A stretch of DNA of 64,000 nt, taken from positions 1,064,640-1,128,639 of the forward strand of contig OZ244590.1 in the NCBI GenBank assembly GCA_965218205.1, in the 5' to 3' direction. Origin of the DNA: Spirochaetia bacterium (GTDB lineage: Bacteria > Spirochaetota > Spirochaetia > WTKD01 > G963693115). Position 1 is the stretch's first letter. Each line of letters begins with the position of its first letter. This document shows positions 11,097 to 21,663 of the stretch, piece after piece. The notes beneath the pieces are model-generated. The model was not told where the DNA came from. It did no database searches and saw only the letters and a program-made list of their open reading frames with translations. The position numbers and the translations under genes are program-made.

Positions 11097-11125
11097 TTGT
11101 ATAAATATAAAAGATGTTCTATAAT
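11097..11125 (+). promoter_or_regulatory. Sigma70-like promoter of the cas13 gene
   Basis: TTGTAT (11097-11102), 17 bp spacer, TATAAT (11120-11125); GAGAGG RBS before ATG 11194. Confidence 0.65.
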
Positions 11126-11193
11126 AAATTAAGGTTTTATATTTAGAATTATCTAATTTATATCCTGTATAGATTTGAAGAGAGGTTTTATTT

Positions 11194-14109
11194 ATGAGTA
11201 AGAATAAAGATAAGAAGAATATATCAGATGCTAATTTTGTGTTACATAATCAGAATAAACTTAGGTTTTGGGAGAGAGCTATTTTGGCAATAGAAGCGGA
11301 ACATATTACAACAATATACTCAGAGGAAAACCCTATATTGTTTCAAACATTAAAAAAAGAATTATTATCTTTACATATAGAAGATAAAGGTAATGCTACA
11401 AAACAAGGTATTGAGGAAAAGATAAATGAGAATTTTAAAAAAATATGTGCTACTTATCATGATATACGTAATTATCTTAATCATATTAAACATACAGACA
11501 GAAAAATAGAATTAGACTATGAGTTATGTGATGTACTATGTAAATTGTATAAGAAGGCATATACAGATAGAATAAAAGTATCCAATAAAGAATTTCTTCA
11601 TATAGATGAACGCTTTTTTGAGGTAGATAGAGAGTACTTTTTTAAAAAGTGTCCTATTGATGAAAGTGATGATAAGGATAAATATGGATATTATTTTACT
11701 CTTTTTGGCTTAGTTATGTTTTTTTGTATGAGCTTAGAAATAGATAGAGCTTATCAGTTACGAGATAAATTTTATTTTACCAATCCAAAAAAAGCAAATT
11801 CTGAGGTTGTAGTAATTGCTTTAGAATCAGTGATACAAAAATATAGCAGAAAAAAAAGTGATAAAATTAAGATTGCAGAATCTCATGAAGTACAGAATCA
11901 ATGGAATCTTTTTGTGGAAATTCTTGACTATATTCGAAAACCCATAAAGCATAGTCCAAATTATGATAAACAACCACAGAAAAATAGAGATGCAAATAAA
12001 AAGAAAGAGAAAAAATTTGACAAAAGAACAACAAATAAGTATGTGACGGATAATCTTATTATCAAATGGATAGAGCTAGGTAAAAAGCTTCCTAAATTGG
12101 AATTTGCTAAAACAAAGCAAATAGAACGAAAAATAGAGAATAAAAAAAGAGGAAAAGATAAAACAAAAAATATTAAGATACCAGAATTTGAAAAATCTAA
12201 TAAAAAGAAAGGTTTTATTGATGAGTATTTTGAAATAAATGGTATGTACTGGTGTAGAATTAAGATTAATAATGAATCACAAAAAGAATCATATATGTAT
12301 TTTAAGATGCATAAGGTACTTTTACGAAGACTTGCAAAAAAGATCTTAGAAGGTAAAGAAGAACGAGATATTATTTCATCTATACGTAATGATATTGAAG
12401 TTGTAAAGACATTTAATGAAGAAGCTAAAATTCTATTTGATGATGGAATAGAAAGTTCATTAACATTAAAATCAAGTCTTCCAAGAAGTAATAAGGAAGC
12501 ACCAAAAGCTTTATCGTTAGGAAAAAAGATAAAGAAAAGAATAGAGTATTATGAAAAAATTTTAGAAAATCCTTTCTCAAGCAAATATGATAAGGCATAT
12601 TTCATACTGTGGGCATTTCAACGACCTTTATGGGAAACTAAAAAAGAAGACAAGAAAAATAAATTAAAATTAGATGAAGTTACCTATCAAAATATTAACA
12701 AATCTCTATGCTATTACAGTATATATAGTACACTTGATTTTCAAAAAGAAGTGCAAAAGGAAATACCAAATAAATGTAAATATTTAAGAGATTATATTAA
12801 GCATGATATTGAAAAAACCTTTGAATGTGTTGTAAATGCAGCAAAAGAAAAATTAGAAGAAGATGAAAAAAATATGATGTACTATAGTATCAAAGGAAAT
12901 GAATCTCTTACAAATAAAGTATTATTTACTAATCATTCTTTACGCTTTAAAAAAACTCAAAAAGAAAAACATCCTTTTTCTGAAATAAGAGACAGGGTAA
13001 AGCAAAAAAACAATAATGAAGAACCTAATATTGTATGGCCTTTATGGCTTTCTAAGCATTGGGGTCTTAGTTATGAGGAACAAAAAAAGATGGAAAGGAG
13101 AGTAAAAAATTTCCCCTCTACAGAGATTAGAGTATTTTATCATAAATATATAGAAAATAGTAAAGCCGTGAGTTTTGATCCAAATAATTATCATGCATAT
13201 TTACAAAGGGATGAGAGTAAAAATACTTTACAACTGAATAAAACAAAGGAAGAAATAAAGAAACTACCAAAAGAAGAGAAAAAGTTTTTATATAATGCTT
13301 TGAAATACTATGAAAATGATATGTTATTATTAGAGATTGCAACTAGATGTATAGATGATATCAATAAAGGGAATAAATTGTATGTTGAACTAGGAAAGAA
13401 AGAGAAGAAAAAGAATGGTCAATTAGAAGAGAAAAGAAAAGATTTTGATTTATCTCTTCCATCTCCTGAAGTAATAATAAAAGAAAATAGAGGCTCTCAA
13501 GGATATTCCATTCCACTACGCTACCTCATAAAGCTAAGTTTTATATTTGGAGCAAAAAATCTTATTAAAGGGATAAAGCTGATCAATAACAATGATGAAG
13601 CAATTTTAAAAAATAAAAGGCCTGATAAAATAAATGATATTGAATATTTTATGCAGATACTATTACCAAAATTCAAATTACTTAGTACTATAATAATACA
13701 AAAGCTTTTTGAAATAGAGCATACAATATTGTTTTGTGAAAAAAATAGTATAGAAGGCATTGATTATGAAAAAAGAGAAAACTTGTTAGAGAAAGTAAAT
13801 AACAAACAACTGGATTATATTAGCTTTGATAGTAGTGATAAAGATGATAATGGTGGAATACTTGATTTAATTGATACAAATAAGTTATATTATGATCGTG
13901 ATATGATAAAACATATACGCAATAATGTAGCACATGAAGATTTAGGTGATCTGTTAGTATCTGAGAAATATGATAAGTATATTAAAAGTGTAGATGATCT
14001 TGCAGAAAAATTTGGTTGTAAAACAGTCACTAATTTAATAGAATCATACAAATATAGAAGAGAAGAAAAATTTTTACAAGGAGTAGAGAAAGATCAATCT
14101 ACAACATAA
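11194..14109 (+). CDS. cas13: Cas13 effector, divergent VI-B (Cas13b/bt-like), 971 aa
   Basis: HEPN motifs RNYLNH (R92-H97) and RNNVAH (R909-H914) at the two termini. Blocks FTLFGLVMFFCMSLE, LFVEILDYIRK, NDMLLLEIA, KLFEIEHTI and DYISF resemble conserved Cas13b blocks. Lies 120 bp from the array. Confidence 0.88.
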   Translation: MSKNKDKKNISDANFVLHNQNKLRFWERAILAIEAEHITTIYSEENPILFQTLKKELLSLHIEDKGNATKQGIEEKINENFKKICATYHDIRNYLNHIKHTDRKIELDYELCDVLCKLYKKAYTDRIKVSNKEFLHIDERFFEVDREYFFKKCPIDESDDKDKYGYYFTLFGLVMFFCMSLEIDRAYQLRDKFYFTNPKKANSEVVVIALESVIQKYSRKKSDKIKIAESHEVQNQWNLFVEILDYIRKPIKHSPNYDKQPQKNRDANKKKEKKFDKRTTNKYVTDNLIIKWIELGKKLPKLEFAKTKQIERKIENKKRGKDKTKNIKIPEFEKSNKKKGFIDEYFEINGMYWCRIKINNESQKESYMYFKMHKVLLRRLAKKILEGKEERDIISSIRNDIEVVKTFNEEAKILFDDGIESSLTLKSSLPRSNKEAPKALSLGKKIKKRIEYYEKILENPFSSKYDKAYFILWAFQRPLWETKKEDKKNKLKLDEVTYQNINKSLCYYSIYSTLDFQKEVQKEIPNKCKYLRDYIKHDIEKTFECVVNAAKEKLEEDEKNMMYYSIKGNESLTNKVLFTNHSLRFKKTQKEKHPFSEIRDRVKQKNNNEEPNIVWPLWLSKHWGLSYEEQKKMERRVKNFPSTEIRVFYHKYIENSKAVSFDPNNYHAYLQRDESKNTLQLNKTKEEIKKLPKEEKKFLYNALKYYENDMLLLEIATRCIDDINKGNKLYVELGKKEKKKNGQLEEKRKDFDLSLPSPEVIIKENRGSQGYSIPLRYLIKLSFIFGAKNLIKGIKLINNNDEAILKNKRPDKINDIEYFMQILLPKFKLLSTIIIQKLFEIEHTILFCEKNSIEGIDYEKRENLLEKVNNKQLDYISFDSSDKDDNGGILDLIDTNKLYYDRDMIKHIRNNVAHEDLGDLLVSEKYDKYIKSVDDLAEKFGCKTVTNLIESYKYRREEKFLQGVEKDQSTT

Positions 14110-14241
14110 CATATATTGATTAGGAGGCTGGCCCAGATAAGAGAAAAAAGAGCAAATGCAAATTGAAGGACTAAGTGCGATATGCAAGGCTTTCACAAGA
14201 TGAAGATTTACATAATGGCTATATTGCTATACTACTATTAG

Positions 14242-15384
14242 ATGAGTAAACAAGACAAAAAATTAGCATCCCTCCCCATCCGCTTCAAGCAGGACGATGG
14301 ATCTGATTTTCCCGATTGGGAAGAGAGAAGGCTGGGGGAGATTTTTGATATTACTGCAGGAGGTGACATTGATCAAACAGCCACTAATCCTACTCAAACA
14401 AGTAAATATAAGTATCCAGTATATGCTAACAGTGAGAAAGATAATGGCTTACATAGTTATGCAAGTACTTATAAACAAAATGAAAATTGTATAACAGTAA
14501 CAGGGCGAGGTACTTTGGGAAAAGCTATTGTTAGATATGAAAAATTTTATCCTATTATAAGGTTATTGGTTCTTAGAAGTCAAAGTAACATAAGTTTAAA
14601 ATTTTTTGCAGAAGCAATTAATTTACTCAAAATACATAATGAAAGTACAGGAGTGCCTCAACTTACTGTACCACAAATATCAGCTTATAATATCAAATAT
14701 CCCACCCTCCCCGAACAACAAAAGATAGCATCTTTCTTACAGAGTATAGACACAAAAATACAGCTCCTTGAAAGAAAAGTAACACTGTTGCAGTCGTACA
14801 AAAAAGGCATTATGCAAAAACTTTTTTCACAGGAGCTACGCTTTAAGGACGAGCAAGGACACGAGTACCCCGATTGGGAAGAGAGGAGGCTGGGGGAAAT
14901 TTTAGAGTATGAACAACCTACAAAATATATTGTTGATTCTTCAAAGTATAATGATAATTATAGCATACCTGTTTTGACAGCTGGTAAAACTTTTATACTA
15001 GGATATACTAATGAAACGTATGGGGTTTTTACAAATCATCCAGTTATTATCTTTGATGATTTCACTACTGTGAGTAAGTTTGTAGATTTTGATTTTAAGG
15101 TTAAGTCATCTGCCATGAAAATATTGAAATTGAAAAAGAATATACAAGCTAATATTAAATTAGTATATGAATGTATGCAAAAAATAAATTTTTCACTAAA
15201 AGGACATAAACGGTATTGGATTTCAGAATACCAGAATATAACTATTCCATTTCCCACCCTCCCCGAACAACAAAAGATAGGCTCTTTTCTGCAGAGCCTT
15301 GACACAAAAATATCGCTCACACAGAAACAAGTAATGCTTACAAAGCAGTATAAGAAAGGCTTATTACAAAAGATGTTTGTGTAA
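14242..15384 (+). CDS. hsdS: Type I R-M specificity subunit (orphan)
   Basis: Two TRDs flanked by repeated PDWEERRLGEI and PTLPEQQKI...KKG(I/L)(M/L)QK conserved regions; no hsdM/hsdR in the window. Confidence 0.93.
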   Translation: MSKQDKKLASLPIRFKQDDGSDFPDWEERRLGEIFDITAGGDIDQTATNPTQTSKYKYPVYANSEKDNGLHSYASTYKQNENCITVTGRGTLGKAIVRYEKFYPIIRLLVLRSQSNISLKFFAEAINLLKIHNESTGVPQLTVPQISAYNIKYPTLPEQQKIASFLQSIDTKIQLLERKVTLLQSYKKGIMQKLFSQELRFKDEQGHEYPDWEERRLGEILEYEQPTKYIVDSSKYNDNYSIPVLTAGKTFILGYTNETYGVFTNHPVIIFDDFTTVSKFVDFDFKVKSSAMKILKLKKNIQANIKLVYECMQKINFSLKGHKRYWISEYQNITIPFPTLPEQQKIGSFLQSLDTKISLTQKQVMLTKQYKKGLLQKMFV

Positions 15385-15451
15385 AGTTACTATCATGAAT
15401 TTTTGATGTTCACACCAGATGGTAAAAGTACACAGAATCTCCTCAGCTCCC

Positions 15452-15480
15452 TTGACAATTCGCCTATTAGTTTCTACAAT
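15452..15480 (+). promoter_or_regulatory. Sigma70 promoter of the gap operon
   Basis: TTGACA (15452-15457), 17 bp spacer, TACAAT (15475-15480). Confidence 0.75.
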
Positions 15481-15491
15481 AAAATAAATAA

Positions 15492-16535
<1,044 letters not shown>

Positions 16536-16555
16536 ACTATTGCCACGTTACATAT

Positions 16556-17761
16556 ATGTCAGATAGTGCTATTAAAACTATAGATGAAATTGCCTCTTTA
16601 CAATCTAAGACAGTACTCGTACGGGTAGATTTTAATGTTCCATTGAGTAATGCTGTTGTAAGCGATGATACACGCATAAGAGCCGCAATTCCTACAATTA
16701 AAAAACTGGTAGAATCATCAGCAAAAATTGTATTGATGAGTCATTTAGGACGACCAAAGGGAGAAAAAAAAGCTGAGTTCAGTCTCTCTCCTGTGTACAC
16801 ACAGCTATGTGCTATAATAAAAGAACAGAGCATTGATACCAATGTTTTTTTTGCAGACGATGTCATTGGTGATTCTGTACATCAAAAAATAAAAAACCTC
16901 AATGATGGTGATATACTCTTGCTAGAGAATATCCGTTTTTATGCAGAAGAAACAAAAAATGATGAAGCATTTTCTAAAACACTCGCCTCTTATGTTGATA
17001 TATTTATAAGTGATGCATTCGGTACTGTACATAGAGCACATGCTTCAACAGCAGGAGTAGCAAAGTATCTTCCTTCGTATGCAGGGTACTTAGTGGCAAA
17101 AGAATATTCTTTTTTTCAAAAACTATTGTCTTCCCCCGAACATCCTTTTGTGGCAGTCATTGGTGGCTCTAAAGTTTCCTCTAAAATTACTGTGTTAGAA
17201 AATCTCTTGCCGCATACCGATGCTTTTATTATTGCTGGAGGAATGGCATACACCTTTCTTGCAGTACAAGGATATAGCATTGGAGCAAGTTTATATGAGG
17301 AAGACTATACTTCTCATGCAAAGCAATTTTTAGAGAAAGCAAAAGCACAAAACAAGACAGTATTGCTTCCTATGGATCATGTTGTAGCAGATACTTTTGA
17401 TGCAAACGCACATGCACAGCCAGTGGATGCTATTGATATTCCTGATGGAAAGATAGCTATGGATATTGGAAAAAAGACTATTGCTGCAGGTATTGAGATG
17501 CTACAAGGAGCAAAAACAATTATCTGGAATGGTCCTATGGGAGTATTTGAATTTGATGCTTTTTCCTATGGTACTCAGCAAATAGCAAAGGCTATTGCTG
17601 ACAATAAAGGGCTTACCGTAGTTGGAGGAGGAGATTCTGTTGCTGCAGCAAATAAATTTAATGTATATAAAGAGTACACACATGTCTCTACTGGCGGAGG
17701 TGCATCATTAGAATTTTTGGAAGGAAAAAAACTGCCTGGTATTCAAGTGTTATTACGATAG
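16556..17761 (+). CDS. pgk: Phosphoglycerate kinase
   Basis: VRVDFNVP, SHLGRP, DAFGTVHRAHAS, WNGPMGVFE, STGGGASLE. Confidence 0.99.
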   Translation: MSDSAIKTIDEIASLQSKTVLVRVDFNVPLSNAVVSDDTRIRAAIPTIKKLVESSAKIVLMSHLGRPKGEKKAEFSLSPVYTQLCAIIKEQSIDTNVFFADDVIGDSVHQKIKNLNDGDILLLENIRFYAEETKNDEAFSKTLASYVDIFISDAFGTVHRAHASTAGVAKYLPSYAGYLVAKEYSFFQKLLSSPEHPFVAVIGGSKVSSKITVLENLLPHTDAFIIAGGMAYTFLAVQGYSIGASLYEEDYTSHAKQFLEKAKAQNKTVLLPMDHVVADTFDANAHAQPVDAIDIPDGKIAMDIGKKTIAAGIEMLQGAKTIIWNGPMGVFEFDAFSYGTQQIAKAIADNKGLTVVGGGDSVAAANKFNVYKEYTHVSTGGGASLEFLEGKKLPGIQVLLR

Positions 17762-17792
17762 ATACTAAAAATAAACAGAGAAAGGAACGAAA

Positions 17793-18542
17793 ATGAAACG
17801 ATTTATTGCAGGAAACTGGAAAATGAATTTAGAGAAAGCAGATGCTCTTTCTCTTGTGGAAGCAGTAAAGCACACTATGCCTCATGTAAGTGATGATACT
17901 ACTGTTTGTATAGCTCCCCCTTTTGTATATTTGTCTGATATAGTAAAAGCAGTGGAAGGGACACGCATTATAGTGTCTGCACAAAATGTTTCAAACAAAG
18001 AATCTGGGGCTTTTACGGGAGAAATATCTCCTACAATGCTTCGTGATATTGGAGTACAAGCTACTATTATTGGGCATTCTGAGCGTAGAACATTATTTTA
18101 TGAAAATGATATGCTTATCAATGAAAAGGTATTGTTGGCATTACAGCATGACTTGAAAGTAATATTGTGCATAGGCGAAACACTTGAAGAACGAGAAAGC
18201 AACAAGCTAGAAAGTGTATTGCAAACTCAGTTGTCATCAGGCTTACAGTCAGTTGATGCAATTCAGCTCTTAAACATAGTGATTGCATATGAGCCAGTGT
18301 GGGCTATTGGGACAGGCAAAACAGCAACGAATGAAGTAGCAAATCAAACACATAGCATTGTTCGTAACATACTTGCCTCCTTATATGATAGTTCTCTTGC
18401 TGCATCTACTCCAATACTCTATGGAGGATCAGTCAATGATAGCAATGCACGTGAATTGCTTGCTATGAGTCATATTGATGGAGCATTGATTGGCGGAGCG
18501 TCACTCAAAAAAGATGCGTTTTGTTCTATAATGAAAGGATAG
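17793..18542 (+). CDS. tpiA: Triosephosphate isomerase
   Basis: AGNWKMN, GHSERR, AYEPVWAIGTG, YGGSV, GGASL. Confidence 0.99.
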   Translation: MKRFIAGNWKMNLEKADALSLVEAVKHTMPHVSDDTTVCIAPPFVYLSDIVKAVEGTRIIVSAQNVSNKESGAFTGEISPTMLRDIGVQATIIGHSERRTLFYENDMLINEKVLLALQHDLKVILCIGETLEERESNKLESVLQTQLSSGLQSVDAIQLLNIVIAYEPVWAIGTGKTATNEVANQTHSIVRNILASLYDSSLAASTPILYGGSVNDSNARELLAMSHIDGALIGGASLKKDAFCSIMKG

Positions 18543-18589
18543 TGATATAATTTACAGCTAATAATTTAGAAGAAATAGGAAGTGAAAAT

Positions 18590-19093
18590 ATGGCGTTTTT
18601 AATTGGTTTTTTAATTGTTATACTGGTGTTAGTGTCAATATTGTTGATATTAATTGTGTTAGCTCAAGATGATGGAGCAGAAGGTGCAGGGATGCTATTA
18701 GGAAGCAGTGCTAGTCAACAGTATGGTGCAAGGAAAGGAAATATCGTTACAAGAACAACGGGAATTTTAGCTACATTGTTTATAAGTGTTTCATTAGTCT
18801 TAGTGTTTTTGTTTAGAGAAAATGATACAAGTTTACAAGCTATAGAAAGTGAAGTAGAAGATTCTTCCGAAAATCAACTTGTAGAATGGTGGGCAAAGGA
18901 TGAAGCCACCGATACTACTACCGATGCAGACGGAGAAGAAAGCGAAGCAGTGATAACAAATGATGTGAGTGATGATACAGAGATAAATGCAGAGACTACC
19001 GATACAGACAAGGAATCAGGAGCAGAAGCCACTATTTTTATAGACGATACATCTACAGATAATACAGACACTACTTCTTCTATAGAAAATTAA
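18590..19093 (+). CDS. secG: Preprotein translocase subunit SecG with acidic C-terminal tail
   Basis: Two TM helices joined by a Gly-rich loop (LAQDDGAEGAG...TRTTGILA); follows tpiA. Confidence 0.85.
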   Translation: MAFLIGFLIVILVLVSILLILIVLAQDDGAEGAGMLLGSSASQQYGARKGNIVTRTTGILATLFISVSLVLVFLFRENDTSLQAIESEVEDSSENQLVEWWAKDEATDTTTDADGEESEAVITNDVSDDTEINAETTDTDKESGAEATIFIDDTSTDNTDTTSSIEN

Positions 19094-19168
19094 TTTTGAA
19101 AGCACAGATAGATGATACCTCGTTAAAAAATGTATGAGGAGTATTAGTAGTTATACTTTTTATGATAT

Positions 19169-19930
19169 ATGGACTATTTCATTGACTATTATGCTATTTT
19201 AGATATTGATTCATCCTCAACTATAAGTGAGATTAAAGCATCGTTTAGAAATAAACTGAAACTTCTTCACCCTGATTTGCAGAGTGATATTCAAAGTTCG
19301 TTTATTAAAGATGCTGTTGCTCACTCGCAGAACAATGAACTGTTACAGTTAATTCAAGCGTATAATGTATTATCAAGCCCCATAAAACGTAAGCGATATG
19401 ATAGGCATGTGCTTAAAGCCCCATCGTATGTTCAAAGAAAAAAAAGAGAATTTAATTACGAAGAATTTCTTAATGAAAGACAGCATATTTTTTCTTATCG
19501 TGTAAAATTGTTTATGTATGATTTAGTACATAAGTCAGGAAAGAGAGCCATAATGATCTATGAGAATATTCTTTTTGAGAAAAAGAAACTGCTCTTAAAA
19601 TCAGAACTAGGTCGTTTTGATTACATTGATTGTCTTGCTCTTATGACTGAGTACTATCAAGAGAGAGCTGCATATGGAGATATTGATAAATGTATTGTAT
19701 TATACAGAGAAATATTTCAATTAGAACAGAGAATATATTACTTTAAGGATTATATGAATGTATTGATAGAGCAGATACAAAGTTTGTTAGAAAAACATAT
19801 GTTACTGTACTCAAAAGAAAGCATACAACAAAAAGATGCATTACACGATTTGTTTGCCTGTGTGCTTAATTGGGAAATTACTCCCTCTGCAGTAAAAAAA
19901 ATGAAAGAGCTACAAATTTTTTATCGGTAA
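19169..19930 (+). CDS. J-domain protein
   Basis: DYYAIL...LHPD...AYNVLS..KRKRYD J-domain followed by a helical C-terminus. Confidence 0.85.
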   Translation: MDYFIDYYAILDIDSSSTISEIKASFRNKLKLLHPDLQSDIQSSFIKDAVAHSQNNELLQLIQAYNVLSSPIKRKRYDRHVLKAPSYVQRKKREFNYEEFLNERQHIFSYRVKLFMYDLVHKSGKRAIMIYENILFEKKKLLLKSELGRFDYIDCLALMTEYYQERAAYGDIDKCIVLYREIFQLEQRIYYFKDYMNVLIEQIQSLLEKHMLLYSKESIQQKDALHDLFACVLNWEITPSAVKKMKELQIFYR

Positions 19931-20057
19931 GAAATTCATATATTGTTTTTTTCTCTGTAGTATCTATATTGTCATGGATTTTGGAGGTTCATACGAGAGG
20001 GTAAAAGTACAAATAAATGTATATTATAGCTTGTATTTATATGGGTATTAGTATATA

Positions 20058-21146
20058 GTGGTAAATATGGAACGATTATTATCTTTTAGAGTAAGGTCTG
20101 CAGGTTCTGTAAAATATATTTTCCTATGCGTGTTATTGATAAGTAATGCTATAGGGCTATGGTCTCAGATATTGGATAAAAGCATTGCTGTTGTGTCTCT
20201 TTATAAAACAGAAAATGTATCGTTAAAGACGGTGGATATGCAGTATGATTTATTGCAAAGACAAGCAGAAAATCTTACAGGAATTGCTGAAACATCTATT
20301 ACAAAGAAAGAGGTGTTAGAAGCAGCTATCAATGATATACTTATTACACAGGAAGCAAATAAAAGCGGGGTAGTTGTAACTGCTAAACAGATAGATGATA
20401 TTATACAATTTCAAAAGGAGGCGTATGGCACTCCTATTTCCGATGAAGATTTTCAATCATTGATGGTAAAACAAACAGGGTTGCAATGGCCAGATTATAG
20501 AGAACAAATTCGTAAGCGTATTTTACAAGAACAGTATATTGCTACAAAATATCAAAAAGATTTACAAGTAGTACGAGAACCTACAGAAGCAGAGATACAA
20601 AAACTCTATGATGAATATGCTACACGATTTATCAACCCTTCCATGTTACGATCTGAACATTTATTTTGGGATTTTCGTGGATTGAATGCTGCAGAAAGAA
20701 AAACACTAAAACAAGAAGCACAAAAGATGGCACAGACTATCGATAATGATGTGGCTGTATTTGACAAAGAGTTAAAAAAATCACTTGAAAATCCTGCTAT
20801 TGAAGGAGGAGATTTGGGGTATATTATACGAGATGAGCAGACAAAAGAGATTCTTGGTGCTAGCTTTTTGGATATAGTTTTTGCACTCAAAGACAATCAA
20901 GTGAGTGATTTGGTTACCTCAAACAGTGGGTATCATATTGTGAAAATTACTGATAAACGTCCTGCAAAATTATTAGGCTTAGAAGATCCCATTTTGCCTG
21001 GAGAAAAAGTCACGGTAAAGCAAAGAATTATTACAACATTACAAACTCAGTATCGTCAAGAAAAATTTGCAGATCTCATACAAAAAGAGGTAGAAGAATT
21101 ACGTAAGAGGGCATCTGTGCGTATTCTTGATGATCAGTTTAAGTAA
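20058..21146 (+). CDS. SurA-like periplasmic peptidyl-prolyl isomerase
   Basis: Signal peptide, SurA N-domain-like region, parvulin motifs GGDLG and S..GYHIVK. Confidence 0.85.
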   Translation: MVNMERLLSFRVRSAGSVKYIFLCVLLISNAIGLWSQILDKSIAVVSLYKTENVSLKTVDMQYDLLQRQAENLTGIAETSITKKEVLEAAINDILITQEANKSGVVVTAKQIDDIIQFQKEAYGTPISDEDFQSLMVKQTGLQWPDYREQIRKRILQEQYIATKYQKDLQVVREPTEAEIQKLYDEYATRFINPSMLRSEHLFWDFRGLNAAERKTLKQEAQKMAQTIDNDVAVFDKELKKSLENPAIEGGDLGYIIRDEQTKEILGASFLDIVFALKDNQVSDLVTSNSGYHIVKITDKRPAKLLGLEDPILPGEKVTVKQRIITTLQTQYRQEKFADLIQKEVEELRKRASVRILDDQFK

Positions 21147-21151
21147 AAAAA

Positions 21152-21622
21152 TTGGGTGCTCATAAACAACGAGTTCTGGCGTTTCAGGCAATGTATATGT
21201 ATGAATGTAGTGCTCTAAAAGATACAGAAAAAAAGAAGCAGTATGTTCTTAATTCTTTTTTATCAGAAACATATACATCCTCAGTACAAACATTGGCTGT
21301 AGATATATTTTGTTCTGCTGTTGCTCATATTTCAATAATTGATTCTATTATTCACAGAACTATCAACCAATATTTTACCGATAGCATTAGTTTTAAAGTA
21401 CTATCAATAACAGTAGTGTCAATACTGCGTGTTGCAATAGCAGAGCTGCTTTTCTTTTCTCAACTGCATGCTGATAAAAACATTGTATCTGCTATTGAAA
21501 AAAAATCCTTAGTTATTGATGAAGCTATTATTCTCAGTAAGATATATGCCGAAGATAATGCATATAAGCTCGTACATGCTTTACTTGATAAGGCAGTGAT
21601 ACATGAGCTTAGTCGCACCTGA
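21152..21622 (+). CDS. nusB: Transcription antitermination factor NusB
   Basis: RVLAFQAMY, ILRVAIAEL, IDEAIILSKIY, VHALLD; TTG start. Confidence 0.85.
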   Translation: MGAHKQRVLAFQAMYMYECSALKDTEKKKQYVLNSFLSETYTSSVQTLAVDIFCSAVAHISIIDSIIHRTINQYFTDSISFKVLSITVVSILRVAIAELLFFSQLHADKNIVSAIEKKSLVIDEAIILSKIYAEDNAYKLVHALLDKAVIHELSRT

Positions 21623-21663
21623 TAAGATAGAGATATGCAATCATACGATATGTATTTAGTATA

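Noticed and set aside
11194..14109. Reading the effector as Cas9 (II-C) or Cas12, given the 36/30 repeat-spacer geometry
   Set aside because: No RuvC or HNH motifs recognised and no anti-repeat/tracrRNA seen in the flanks; two terminal HEPN motifs fit type VI.
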